NCBI GenBank assembly: GCA_951406725.2
Contig: OX597822.1
Coordinates: forward strand, 1,860,001-1,924,000
DNA length: 64,000 bases
Source of the DNA: Octopus vulgaris
Taxonomy: Eukaryota
Reading direction: 5' to 3'
Of this stretch, positions 42,357 to 56,401 are shown in pieces; positions within the stretch are counted from its first letter, which is position 1; the number at the start of each line of letters is the position of its first letter. A program made the position numbers and the translations under genes. The notes below the pieces were generated by a model that saw nothing but the letters and a program-made list of their open reading frames with translations, was not told the DNA's origin and made no database searches.

Positions 42357-42869
42357 ATATATCATAGAATCTTCAAAAAATCGGACCATTCTATATTCCT
42401 TGCTGAGTAACAATCCCTTTCAATGGACACGACTGGTGGGGATAAGAGTTTTATCGCTACTCTCTATGGATAACATTTTCTTGAAAAAAAAAAAGTTTAG
42501 TTGGGATTCAATTATCCATTTGGTTATGGATACTACAGAATCTTTTTCTTTTTTAATTTGAGCATACATCTAGAATTACAATAAAAAAATTACTTCCGCC
42601 GTGTTAATGAATGCTAAATTTTGAACTACTATAAGATTTAAGAAGCCAAAATTTCAACGCCAGATTACATTAAAAGCAAATTGAATTTAAATAAAGCTAT
42701 TTTTGCAAGCCGCGCATACAAATATATATATCTTTCATAGGTATTGTTGAAACGACTTTCAGTTTTCATATTTATACCAACTTAGTTATTAAATTATCCT
42801 CTTAAAAAAGACAGGTAACGCTATTTCCAGTTCAAATTCATGGAGAAGGAAGAAAGCAAGGATGCGGGA

Positions 42870-43035
42870 ATTCTTCTCTTTCTTTCTTCTTCTTCTTCTT
42901 CTTCTTCTTCTTCTTCTTCTTCTTCTTCTTCTTCTTTTTCTTCTTCTTCTTCTTCTTCTTCTTCTTCTTCTTCTTTTTCTCCTCCTCCCCCTCCTCCTCC
43001 TTATTCTTCTTCTTCTTCATCTTTGCATTATTATA

Positions 43036-43117
<82 letters not shown>

Positions 43118-43120
43118 ATG
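42870..43120. repeat. (CTT)n-(TTA)n-(TAG)n compound microsatellite
   Basis: Directly visible. Confidence 0.95.
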
Positions 43121-43261
43121 CTGGTGATGATGATAGTATTATATATTGACCACAAAATACGGATAATAGCAATAACAACAACAAAAACAGTATTATTAAT
43201 AATTAATAATATTAACAAAAACATCCACAGCAACAACAACAACAACAATAATAGCAATAAT

Positions 43262-43635
43262 CCTTTCTACTATAGGCGCAAGGCCTGGATTGTGTGGGGA
43301 GCGGGAATTCGATCACACAGACCCCAGTACACAACTATTACTTAATTTATCGACCCCGAAAGGATAAAAGACAAAATCGACCACGGCAGAATTTGAATTC
43401 AGAACGTAATGACAGACGAAATACCTATTTCTTTACTACCCACAAGGGGCTAAACACAGAGAGGACAAACAAGGACAGGCAAACGGATTAAGTCGATTAT
43501 ATCGACCCCAGTGCGTAACTGTGACTTATTTAATCGACCCCGAAAGGATGAAAGACAAAGTCGATCTCGGCGGAATTTGAACTCAGAACGTAACGGCAGA
43601 CGAAATACGGCTACGCATTTCGCCCGGCGTGCTAA
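43262..43635 (-). mobile_element. SINE family B tandem dimer
   Basis: Full unit 43423-43635, followed on the minus strand by a second unit starting at gtatttcgtctg with an alternative tail. Confidence 0.85.
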
Positions 43636-43657
43636 CGATTCTGCCAACTCGCCACAA

Positions 43658-43716
<59 letters not shown>

Positions 43717-44510
43717 ATGATGATAATAATAGCAAAATATTCGGATAGTTAAGGATTACCAGTAGTAGTAGTAGTAGTAGTAGTAGTAGCAGCATCAGCA
43801 TCAGCAGCAGCAGTAGGGGAGGATGACAAGAAGGAAGAGATAGAGGAGCGGGGAATAGAAGAAGGAAAATAAAAGGAAGAAATAGTAAATATCTGTAACT
43901 GGTATTTTTATGTGGCTATCAAATCAGCGGTGAGATGATCGTTTTAATAAAATGTAATGTTACTAAATGTAGCTTCTGCTAATGGCAATCTCTGTTTACA
44001 TCAAAATAGGGATTGACTTTAATTCAACTAAGAATCTCTAGTTTTATTCTTGTACACACATATATTTTTTTATGTAGTTCTGTCCTTTATATTTTTTTCT
44101 TTTGCTTCCTCTCATATAATGATCTACCATTTTTAAGTGACAAGTAAAAAAAAAGAAATTAAATAAATAACATTCGTGAGGAAATATAAATAAAATATAA
44201 AAGCATTTCTCCATTTCTGCGGGATAACTACTTTCGTGGAAGGACTGGAACATTAAAGACAATGATTTTTCTCCAACCACGCTCACACATACATCCCATT
44301 CACGATGACACCTACACACTAACACACACATGCACACGCATTCGAGCACACATACTTATTCATGCATACATCTGCACAGAAGTACACATATTTACATATG
44401 CGTCTGTGTGCATCTGTGTGTTTATGTAAACATATGTATGTATATGCATATATGTGTCAATGTATATTTATATATATATATGTCTATATATGTATATATA
44501 TATATATGCT

Positions 44511-44544
<34 letters not shown>

Positions 44545-45879
44545 TATGTTTATATATATGTCTAAATGTAATGGCCATTATTTATGCCATATATTATATC
44601 TCTCTCTATATGTATCTATATAGATGTATATATATATATATAGATAGATAGATAGATAGATAGACAGACAGACATATACATACATACAAACATACATACA
44701 TACATGTCTATATACTTATATGTATACATGTATATATTGATATATATTACATATGTTGTGTGTATGTGTGTATGTGTGTATGTGTGTGTGCGTGTGTGTG
44801 CGTGTGTGTGTGTGCGTGTGTGTGTGTGTAATCATGAGTAGCGTCGCAGCTTCAATGGAAATAAAAGTCTCATCTCATTTACTATTTTGTTTTCGTTATT
44901 TCTCTCTTCCTCTTGTTTCCCTTTCAATATTTCTGTTTGGAACTATGAAGTCCACACTCCTATACTCGTCAAGAGGATGCCAACACGTTTCTTCCCATTT
45001 ACCAATCTCTTTATCGTGTCTTCTTAATAGCGCCAAATTAGCCGATCAGACTCACATATTTATAGAGATATTTCTTCTTTTACATATGCAATGTGTAATT
45101 TTTCTTTTTTTACATCTCGTCGGTACAACGAGTGGACAACTTATAAAATCTGTCACCGAATGTACGATTGTTTCTCGAGATACATTGGTCTGTTTTTAGT
45201 GATAACGCTATTGGACATGTCCTCTTGTTAAATGGTCTGACTTGATGAAGAAAACTGAACAGCGTGGATATAGATGTTACAGATTTGTTCCTGTACGTTC
45301 ACACTTTCCAATTTTGGAGGTTTTATATTTGACAACCATGTGGAGAGAAGCTGTGACCATACTGTTATACATATATACATACATACGTATATATATATAT
45401 ATATATATATACATGCATATATATATACTACACACACACACATATATATATATATGCATATATATATATATACATATACATATATATGTATATATATATA
45501 CATAAATATGTATATGTATACCTACATGTACCTACACATACACACATATACACGTACATACATAAACATACACACAAATGCACACACCTATATACATGTA
45601 TATAACAATGCGAAATTAATGCAAGGTAAATCACAAGAAAACAAATATGTGAATTAATGTAGACTTATTTTGTATTCAATATTTCGGGGTTATGACTCCA
45701 TTTTCAAGAAATTGCTGTCGCGCGTGTGTGAGTGTGTGTGGAGTCGACATGCGCGGAAGGGTGTCTACGTTAATTCACATATTTGTTTTCTTGTGATTTA
45801 CCTTGCATTTTATTCGCATTGTTTTGACCTTACCCACGATCCTTTATACAATATATACTACAAATGCCTAATAGTATAT

Positions 45880-46026
<147 letters not shown>

Positions 46027-46181
46027 AAATTAAAAAAAGGAAAATACGCACACTTATATAGTTTTAATATAATTTTTAATATATTGACCGGTTTCGCTAT
46101 CGCTATTCATGATATTATGTTTTACTTATTTGAATATGTATTTTTTCTTAAGAGGAAATTTAGTCCTTGTTGTGTGTGATG

Positions 46182-46224
<43 letters not shown>

Positions 46225-46226
<2 letters not shown>

Positions 46227-46410
46227 GGAAGAGTTTACGAAAGAAACAAAAGACGAAGACAGGTGGTGTACAAAACAAACAGATGTATTAATATAACACT
46301 CAAGAATACAAAAAGTCTTTTACGTTTCGAGCCTACGCTCTTCTACAGAAAGGAACATAGAAAACACACGGAGAGAAAAAAATGTGTGTAGTGGCTAACG
46401 ATCTAACATG
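46225..46410 (-). mobile_element. Short HHR-like repeat family P2 in (TA)n; other copies at 62440-62655 and 63795-63975 (+)
   Basis: Three collinear copies sharing gctcgaaacg..gagcgtta..atctgtttgt..tacaccacct..cttcgt. Confidence 0.82.
46317..46352 (-). ncRNA. Variant minimal hammerhead (CUGUAGA core)
   Basis: Minus: cttt CTGTAGA a gagc-gtag-gctc GAAAC GTA aaag; stems I and II pair, ACGT palindrome as stem III. Confidence 0.6.
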
Positions 46411-47369
46411 GCATCTGGATATATATATATATATATATTTTTTTTGCTGTAGTTTCAGCTGATAGCTGGGGCCATGTTGATGCTATGCATACTTACTTAT
46501 ATGTATGCATGTATCTACCCATGTGTGCACCTGAGGAGGAATGATGTCGGTTAAATATGAAGCATTTTTAAGGTCACACATAATATGCATTTGGTGCCTC
46601 TGTGAAACAGATGTTTTGCGTGACTATTTCTTGTATTCTTTTCATTCATAAACTTGATTATTGCATAATGAGTAAGATCTATATAAATACGTGTGTGTAT
46701 GTGTGCGTGTATTCGCGCGTTTGTATTTATTCATGTAATATACGTGATATATACGTGTATGCGTAAGGATAGTTATAATAAACACTTGCTATGAGTAAAA
46801 TATAAATGTAAAATATAAATGGTCTTTCTATGTTTGTCATGTGTGGAAATAGAGTGGTGAGATAGTGGGACCATGCCCTTCATCAGAGTATAGGTACCTA
46901 ACTTTTCCCACAACTAATAACAGACAACATACATTTACTATTTAACGCAACCATGTATTAGCCTTGTGCCGCATAGGATAACCATATTGCATAATTTTCT
47001 TCAATTCAATTATATTTATGTCCAATAATCCATGAATCAGAAGAACCTAACGAAAATATCCTTAAGAAAGTCATAATCCTGAACTACGAGAAATGCAAAG
47101 GCACACATATTTTTGCTTTTGTTTTATTTTTTCAGGTTTTGATAAACAGAAGGAAAATAACGATTGTTATTCTACTGACCGGATATTTCACACATTGCAA
47201 ACTATCCATGAGAGTAGACGGAACCAGCTTTCTTCGACATCGTTTACATTCACGCGGATATGAATACCTGTGTGTGAATTCATGATTTTTCTTTCTTGAG
47301 TGATTCAGTGTTGCATTTAGTTTCAGCAAATTCAATATTAATATCAATATATAAATGTATGCATGTCTG

Positions 47370-47414
<45 letters not shown>

Positions 47415-47868
47415 ACATACATACATATATATAGATATATATATATATATGTACATAGATATATATATATATATGTATGTATGTATATATGTATGTAGGT
47501 TTTTATGTATATATATATATATATATATATATGAGTGTGTATGTGGTGTGTGTGTAAGCATGTAGGTGGGGCTGGAGTGTGTATATATCCGTGTATTGCG
47601 AAAATTGAAATTCATAACAGATGCAACGAAACCAAAGTTATAAAAATAATTTGTAAGAAAATATAATTAAATTTTGTTTTCAAATTCCAGATATGAAAAC
47701 TCCCACTCGACATCACATACGCAATAAAATACTCGTGTTTGCTACTCTCTTCTTATAACACAATTAAAAATAAAATGGCATGAATAGATTTTCTCATAAT
47801 TTGTTATGTGATTCTTTTTGTATGGATGTGTATGTGTGTGTGTATGGCAGACAGACGCGTTTGGAGAG

Positions 47869-47989
<121 letters not shown>

Positions 47990-48560
47990 GCTTGTGAGTG
48001 TTTGCTGTGTGTTTTTACATCGTGTGTTGGATGGAAATCTTTAGAAATTTATATTTGCATATGTTCACGATTCTTTGAGTTTTGTAGATTCTTCATTGAG
48101 AATGGTTTGAAGAAGTATGGAGAAAGTATAAAGAATATAATGTAAAAGTTAAAACGGAATTAATGTGAAATAAAACTGTCTGTGATGTTATTTTAAAATT
48201 AGCTGCGACTACACTAAATGACCTTATATTTGATGTTGCTATAAAATTGATAACAACTGTACGATGCAACAATAACAGAAACAAAACAAGAACAATAACA
48301 TGAAGAGTAAAAATATTTAAATTAGAACAACACATATAAGAACGAATGTCGTTAAATATTATTAAAATAACAACAACAACATTATCAAAATCATCATCAA
48401 CAATAAGATGTTTATGAACGCCATGTGAACGCGCAATATGAATACGACCATCATTAGCAACATTTGTAATAACACATAGTAACAGAGCAATGATAATAAC
48501 GAAAAATCACAATAAGTATTGTAAGAACACAAGCTGCAATGGTTTCTATAATAATCCCCC

Positions 48561-49010
48561 GGATCTTTTCGGTTTGAACGGCAGTTTTTAAAAAAAAAAT
48601 CCACGTAACTAAACACTTTTAAACTTCGTATATTGGTAGAATGTGTTTATAAAACATCTTTTTTCTCTTGGCTTTATTGAGAAAATTCTATAGTTTGTAA
48701 GATATTGTTTTTTTCTTCAATTTCTGCAATTTCAACCAATCACTGACGTCTATTGAGTTAAAAAGCATTCTGTGCCGTATGAATATGTCCCTCGTTTAAG
48801 AAACAGATTGGGTTCATTTACATTTGTGAAGAAAAAAAGATACCCTTCCCCCTACCCCTAACCCTAACCCTAACTAACCTTAACTGACCCTAACTAACCC
48901 TAACCCTAAAACAGATAGGAATGCAATAGATCGATACTAGGGTCATAATTATGGGTGACAATTTCATATGACACCGCTAGAAAAAACTGCCGTTCAAACC
49001 GAAAAGATCC
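48561..49010. mobile_element. MITE with 29-bp perfect TIRs, 8-bp TSD and internal (CCCTAA)-like repeats
   Basis: ggatcttttcggtttgaacggcagttttt ... aaaaactgccgttcaaaccgaaaagatcc; aatccccc at 48553-48560 and 49011-49018. Confidence 0.93.
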
Positions 49011-49160
49011 AATCCCCCAAATAAAACAACAGTAACTACTGCAGCGATATAAAAACAATGAGAACGTAATTAATATCTAATCAGAACAACATTCTCAATA
49101 GGAATATACCAACAATAATAACAGCCACAGTGACAAGGGTAAGCTATATATACTGCAACC

Positions 49161-49396
49161 AAGGCGGCGAGCTGGCAGAAACGTTAGCACGCCGGGCGAA
49201 ATGCGTAGCCGTATTTCGTCTGCCGTTACGTTCTGAGTTCAAATTCCGCCGAGGTCGACTTGGCCTTTCATTCTTTCGGGGTCGATTAAATAAGTACCAG
49301 TTACGCACTGGGGTCGATATAATCGACTTAATCCGTCTGTCTGTCCTTGTTTGTCTCCTCTGTGTTTAGCCCCTCGTGGGTAGTAAATAAATAGGT
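49161..49396 (+). mobile_element. SINE family B, near consensus, with TSD
   Basis: Full head to tail; tatatac(t/a)gcaacca on both sides. Confidence 0.92.
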
Positions 49397-49484
49397 ATAT
49401 ACAGCAACCATTACCACGGTTTCGTCTGCGAGCGAAAAGAGAGTAACAAAATCTGAAATAGTTCTGAAATATAATCACAATACT

Positions 49485-50335
49485 GGTTTCATATTTTGAC
49501 AAAAGGCCAGCAACTTAGGAGGTGGATGTGAGTTGATTACATTGGCTAATTTCTCAACTGGTACTTATTTTATCGATGAAGAAATGATGAAAGGCATAAG
49601 TCGACTTCGGCTGAATTTGGACTCAAAGCTTAAAAAAAAAAGAGAATATTATCAACTCTAACAGCAACGTTACCAAAGTAAACGAATTTGCATCACCAAC
49701 AACATCAACAAAAACCTTCGTTGCAATTGAAATATTAGTAAAAATAACGTTGTAAACATGAATTATTGGCCATTACAACACAATTAATAACTAAAATATC
49801 GGTTTCAAACTTTAGCACAAGGCCAGCAATTTCGGGAGAGGGGATCAGCTGATTACTATCCAGTTGGTCCTTATGTTACCGACCCCGAAAGGATGAAAGT
49901 CAGAGCAGACTTCAGCGGAATTTGAACTAAGAACGTAAAGACTGGCGAAAAACCGCTAAAGTTTGCCCGACGTGCTAATAATGCCAGATCGACGCCCTAT
50001 TATCAACTAAAATATCGAGTTCAAATTTGTGGCGTAAGGCCAGCATTTACGAGGAACAGAGTAATTCGGTTAGATTGGCGCCCAGTATTCAGTTGGTACT
50101 TATTTTATCGAAAACGAAAGGATGAAAGACAAAGTCTTCCTTGGCAGTATTTGAAATCAGGACGTAAAAACTGGTGAAATGCCGCTAAGCATTTTGCCCA
50201 AAGCGGTAACAATTCTGCCAGCTCGTCGCTCCTCTAACAACTAAGATATTATTAGCAAAATCAAATTATTCATAAATGTTTGAAGAACGGGTACAAGGCC
50301 AGAAATTTCAGTGGCGGATTATTGATTAATTCGAG
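49485..50335 (-). mobile_element. Array of 3-4 diverged SINE family B copies
   Basis: Repeated aaggccagca..tggtac..aaaggatgaaag..tttgaa modules at ~49485, 49800, 50017 and 50290. Confidence 0.8.
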
Positions 50336-50629
50336 ATCAAAAATTCATTGAACTTTTTTTTATCTGGCATGGAAGTGTCAAAGGCAAATTTTTACTTGGC
50401 TGGATTTTAAACCAATACGTAGAGATATATTGGTATATGTCAGAAGACATTTCGCACATTCGATAGAAATTTTCAGTACCTTCTACTAACATTCGCAGAT
50501 TTAAGAATAATATTGAAAAGCGGTTTCCGTTAACATTCACAGATTTAACGATACAAATGTTGACACGTCTGCAAACCTACACAGACCAGGTAATATAAGA
50601 GTTCAACAGGTTCTAGTGATATCTCTTTT

Positions 50630-51052
50630 CTTTCATTTGTTTCTTTTACTAATCCTAGAGGGGCTACGGTCATACTGGAGCACCGACTCGAAGGATTTAG
50701 CAGAACTGATCGTCCCGACTATATTTTTCTTCTTCAGCCTGGTACTATCGATTTCTTTATGCTGAACCACTTGTTTATTAAGAGATAAACAACCCAATAC
50801 CGGTTGCCAATGGGTGGAGAAACAATCACAGAGATATGTTTATATACACACATACACGCACGCATAACACACACACACATATACATACATATACGACTAA
50901 TTTCTTTTAGTTGCCATCCATTTCAACTCACAAGGTTTTGGTCGACCCCAAGATTAACCAGAAGACCCTTATCCAACATGTCGCGCAGTAGGACTGAACC
51001 TGAGACCTTATGGTTGGAAAATAAGCATATTAACCCCATAGTTACGCTTGCG
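50630..51052 (-). mobile_element. SINE family A (old)
   Basis: catactggagcacc..gctgaacc..ctcacaaggttttggtcgaccc..ggactgaacc. Confidence 0.65.
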
Positions 51053-51288
51053 TCTAAAAATGGCTCTTGGAAATGGGATAACGAAACTACCAATAACAAT
51101 AATTAGTGTACCTACTGATATTAACAGCCCCAGCAATAAAATATCCAGCGTGTTAAGCTTGCTTCCCAATCATGTCGATTTTGGTTTAATCCTATTTCGC
51201 AGTAAATTGTGAGGGGGGGTCCTAACATAGCCCTGAGCAGGCCAAATGTTTATAAGGGGATTTGGTAAACAGAAACTGAAAAAGCCCA

Positions 51289-51585
51289 AAGGTGGCGAGC
51301 TGGAAGAAACGTTACCATGCCGGGCGAAATTCTTAGCAGTATTTCGTCTGCCGTTACGTTCTGTTTGTCCTCTCTGTGTTTAGCCCTCTGTCGGTAGTAA
51401 AGAAATAGGTATTTCGTCTGCCGTTACGTTCTGAGTTCAAATTCTGTCGAGGTTGACTTTGCCTTTCATCCTTTCAGGGTCGATAAATTAAGTACCAGTT
51501 ACGCACTGGGGTCGATGCAATCGACTTAATCCCTCTGTCCTTGTTTGATCCCTCTATGTTTAGCCCCTTGCCGGCAATAAAGATA
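51289..51585 (+). mobile_element. SINE family B tandem dimer inside an older family A copy
   Basis: Head, internally deleted unit, aaagaaatag|gtatttcgtctgccg junction, second unit; gaaactgaaaa on both flanks. Confidence 0.85.
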
Positions 51586-51624
51586 TAAGAAACTGAAAAT
51601 ACCCATCGCATCTGTACATGTGCT

Positions 51625-51918
51625 TGTGCTTAGGGTATTCGGCTAACAACCGTAAGGTCGCGAGTTGGATTGCTGGCGCGTTGTGCTCTTGAGCAAGACA
51701 CTTTATTTCACGTTGCCTTGTTCACTCAGCTGGCAAAAATGAATAATATCTGTATTGCAAAGGGCCAGCCTTGTCACACTCTGTGTCATGCTGAATCTCA
51801 TTGACAATTAAGTTAAGGTCTGTGGAGTGCTCAGCCACTTGCACGTTAATTTGAAGAGCAAGTTGTTCCGTTGATCGGATCAACTGGAATCTTCGTTGTT
51901 GTATGCGACGGAGTGCCA
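51625..51918 (+). mobile_element. SINE family C
   Basis: ttgtgctcttgagcaagacactttatttcacg..ccgttgatcggatcaactggaa. Confidence 0.8.
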
Positions 51919-51919
51919 T

Positions 51920-51997
<78 letters not shown>

Positions 51998-52210
51998 TAT
52001 ACATACATACATGCATATATATTTATATATTTGCGTCCCCATAATACCTAAATCTATAAATAAATAATGGATTTCAGTTGTTTGACTAGGTCGTTGTATG
52101 TAGTGCTCCAGCATGGCTGTCGGCAGATGAGTAAATTAAGTAAAAGAAGAAAGATACGCAAAAACCTAACAATAAAAATGTTTAGCGTATTGTGCTAATA
52201 TAAACACGCC

Positions 52211-52272
<62 letters not shown>

Positions 52273-52710
52273 TCTAGCTATGAAGGCACATGGCCTGGTG
52301 GTCAAGGGTGTTTGGCGCATGATCATATGGTCCTGAGTTCAATTCCGACCCAAGATGTTTCATTGATACTTTCTGTTAAGCTGTAATAAGTACCAACCGT
52401 GTAATGGTGCAATTGTCCCATTCTACAGCTTCATATCTCGGATGTTGCGTTAGGACGAAAAGTAGTGTGTCGGAGGAGGGTGCCTATGTCTAGAAGCGGC
52501 TACCTACATACTTAAGACAATTAACGGAAACACAGTAGATGTTGCCTAGGGATACTCGTACGAGGTTTTCAGCTGACTCTACTAATGAGCAGCCTTGCCC
52601 AAGGCTGGTGGTTGTGTACTGCCCCAGATGATTATGATGAGCTAGTTTGAAATATGATCTAGGCGATGAAGATACGCTGGTGAAGATGGAGGCGCTACTG
52701 CTAGATCTGG

Positions 52711-52744
<34 letters not shown>

Positions 52745-53689
52745 AGCTTGCGTTACATAATCTTCATGAAGATCTTGATACCTATGACGTGGAGACGATG
52801 TTAGTAATGATGTTATTAATGAGGGTATTGATGATGATGTTGATGATGCTGATATTGATGATAATGATGATGGAGATTAGGATGATAGCATTGGAAAATT
52901 GATTGTAATTGCATAGGATATAATACTGGAATTCGTGGTGTTCATGCGTTTTGGCATAGAGGAACATTTATTAACTTAATTAAACTGGTTCTAATTATAT
53001 ATTACCATTAATTTTTGGATCAGTTATACCGAGAACTTGCTATTGTAATACCACGTCTCTATAGTTTCTCAGGCAAAATTTGGCAAGATAATTGCTGCAG
53101 CAGAATAAATGGTTTCTAGTAAATTGGATTTACATATTTCATCGTACCTGGAAATGTAATAGTTATGCTTCCTATTCGACATGATTAGCTCTCAGACCAG
53201 GGTAGCGCCCAATTATAAGTATAGTGAAGAATGCATTAAGTTTTATCTTATTAAGTTAAGCCTTTATCGAGAGCAGTGGTATGGTTAAAAGATGCCCCAG
53301 ATGTGAACAGGATGCTTTTCTATTACAAATGTTTTTAACAACAGAGTGTCTAATACGCTATCAGCGAACATTTCCATCCGTTTTTAATAAGATGGTTTGT
53401 CATATGCGTGAGATTTAGTTATTCAATACTATTTATGAGAGTAGAGTATCCAGGGAAATGTTCTGTTGTTAGCACTACGAGACAAAAAATGCTCGACCTA
53501 ATTTATTTAACTTAATGGTAGAAGTAAATATATAGAAATACTATTGTTTATAGAGAAAGATATTTGCGTAATTTTCTTTAATATGTGACAAACTGGGGAT
53601 GTGTTTCAATGTTATTCTAGCATCTTTAACGATGTTCTGCAATACACATTATAAATCAAAGATGCAATATACATCTACGATGTCCCGCA

Positions 53690-53932
53690 GGCGTGGCTGC
53701 GTGGTACGAAGATTGCTTTCCAGCTACATGGATCATAGATCAGTCCCAATGTGTGCGCCTTTGTGCAACTATCTTCAGTTATAGTCGCGGGCCGATCAAA
53801 GCCTTGTCAGTGGATTTCATCGAAGAGAAGCCCATCATACACACACATACTCACATACGTATACAAATACAAACACACACATACGCACACATACGTATAC
53901 AAATACAAACACACACATACGCACACACATAC

Positions 53933-53972
<40 letters not shown>

Positions 53973-54185
53973 GTACATATATGTTTGTGCGTGTGTGTGT
54001 GTCTGTCTGATTATGTGTGTGCAACTACAACTTAAACTGTATTGATGTGCTTACGTGCTCATAACTTAGCGGTGCTGCAAAAGCGACCGATAGAATAAGT
54101 ACCAGGCTTTTAAAAATAAGTAAGTAATGAAAGTAAATTCATTCGACTAACAAATCTTCAAGGCGATATTGACTGAAATAAGCCA
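53690..54185 (+). mobile_element. SINE family A (diverged)
   Basis: gcaggcgtggctgcgtggta..aagccttgtcagtggatt..aacttagcgg..gatagaataagtaccagg. Confidence 0.75.
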
Positions 54186-54218
54186 GTGATAATATATGTA
54201 TGCTTGTATATATACATG

Positions 54219-54306
<88 letters not shown>

Positions 54307-54681
54307 TTACTAAGATTCTCTGTGTGTGTGTGTGTGTGCATTACTAACACTCGAGAACTACCCAAGCGATTTCATTCTCATATTACACATGCATTACTTG
54401 CGGCACATGGAGTGTCATGTGTGTAACAATTTCAACTTCTTGTTTAATACAAGCCCGAACAAATCTCTAAGACTGTTTTAGGTATTACGTATCAAAAGTG
54501 AAACAACAACATTTCTACTGTAATGTGATCAGATAATAGTTTCGCTTTTATATGGTTTCACTTGAATCAATTTCATTTTAATAGTTTCATTTTTATTAGT
54601 TTCACTATGTACATATATATACATATTTGCATATATGCTAATAGTTTCACATTTAATAGTTACATTTCTATTAGATTAACA

Positions 54682-54741
<60 letters not shown>

Positions 54742-54748
54742 TTATATA

Positions 54749-54795
<47 letters not shown>

Positions 54796-54989
54796 TTATG
54801 TATATATGTGTATATATATGTATGTATAGATAGGTATATATACATGTGTATATATGTGCGTATATATATATATGTATATATATGTATGAATATATATGCA
54901 TATATATATGTATTTATATATATGTAATATATAAATACATGCATATATATGTACATGCCTACATATACATGTACATATACATGTATATA

Positions 54990-55640
54990 AGGGTACAGGA
55001 CATCGAAAACCATTGAACACAATGAGAAACGAAAATATAAAAACAGAAACGTAGAAACGAATTTTTTTTGAAACAACGAAAAAGAAACGAGACATACAAC
55101 ATAAAAAATATTTCCCTTCTTCAGTTATCTCTGTTTCATCTACTGCACGTTTCGAAGGTAAGGACAAGACGCGACTTCTTTGAAACAATCCTTCCCGGAA
55201 AGCAAATTAAATACAATTTCGGATTTTTTGCCGATGGTGAAAGTGGTAACAAAAACAGGACAACGAGAGCAAGACAGTAAAAACAAACTGTGAGAGTCGT
55301 TAATCCAAGACGATGAAAAAATTATTCTCAACGTTTAAGAAGTCGAGCTTATGAAGAGACAGGATAAGCCCGGTTAGTCTTTGTGAAGGTAGTAGTCGGA
55401 AAGGTGGATTCCCGCTCACCATGCGTCAGCGACGCGGTAGTGGAGGAAGAAGAGCGAGAGAGATGGACGGTGAAGGGGAGAGGAGAAGAATATGGAAGAG
55501 TGGTAGAGAAAACCAGAAAGGATGAAAAACAAGAGAGGGAGAGAGATAGACAGAGAAGCGATAGTAGAGAAAGAAGAGTGCGCATCGTAATTATTAAGAT
55601 AAAACTTACTTGAAAAAGGATGCGTTGCGTTCGATCATAT
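54990..55640 (-). mobile_element. Probable non-autonomous interspersed repeat in (TA)-rich context, possibly PLE-derived
   Basis: Sharp boundaries to TA-rich tracts and a T-rich 3' end like the P1/P2 repeats; GAAAC..GTA..CTGAAGA boxes on the minus strand. Single copy here, so repeat status is inferred. Confidence 0.35.
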
Positions 55641-55765
55641 AATAATACTAAAGGATAACTCGGCCTTATGTTACTATTATTAACCTAATCAAGTTCTTTA
55701 TTTCAAACCAAACTAAGTAATATAGACGTCAAATCCGGGCGAAATCCGTTGAAATTAGTTATATA

Positions 55766-55828
<63 letters not shown>

Positions 55829-56366
55829 ATATAATATAATATAAATATATATGGGCAACAGACACGAACACACATAAACACACGTACGTACATACACCTA
55901 TTGCATGCTTTGTGCACGCATACATGTTCATAAACAGAAATGAATGGAAAAAATGTTGTTAAATTTGTAGATTAACACTCGCACGATTTTCACTAAAGTA
56001 TATATACTATGATTATAAAATATAGTGTCTTTCAAAAACAAAAACAAAACATTTTACATTTTATCTTTTATGAACGCCATAACTTACTCTCTCTCTCTCC
56101 CTGTCTCACTTTGTCTTTCCCGTGAAACTATCTGCTTCCGTCTTCCCCTTTTCTTTATCTTTTTTGTCTGTTAGCCGCCATCAAAAAAGCTAAGGCTGAT
56201 ATTTTTCGTGGATAAAAGCTACGTCTGAAAATAGATATTTACGCTACCCACGGGTGCCTCGGGGAGAAAAATAAGTTGACAAAACCCAGATAGGATGTTG
56301 ACAAATGTCCTCCTAAGATTTGAGCGACATGCGTGCTAAATTGCGTACGTGCTTAAATTACAATCA

Positions 56367-56401
<35 letters not shown>

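Noticed and set aside
48851-48907. Telomeric repeat suggesting a chromosome end or fusion
   Set aside because: Short, degenerate and enclosed in a MITE with TIRs and TSD.
55607-55760. Minus MIERNASFFK* (Gypsy integrase-like end) and a Helitron-like TC...hairpin-TTAG reading
   Set aside because: Both are too short, they overlap incompatibly, and there is no supporting domain or canonical CTAG end.
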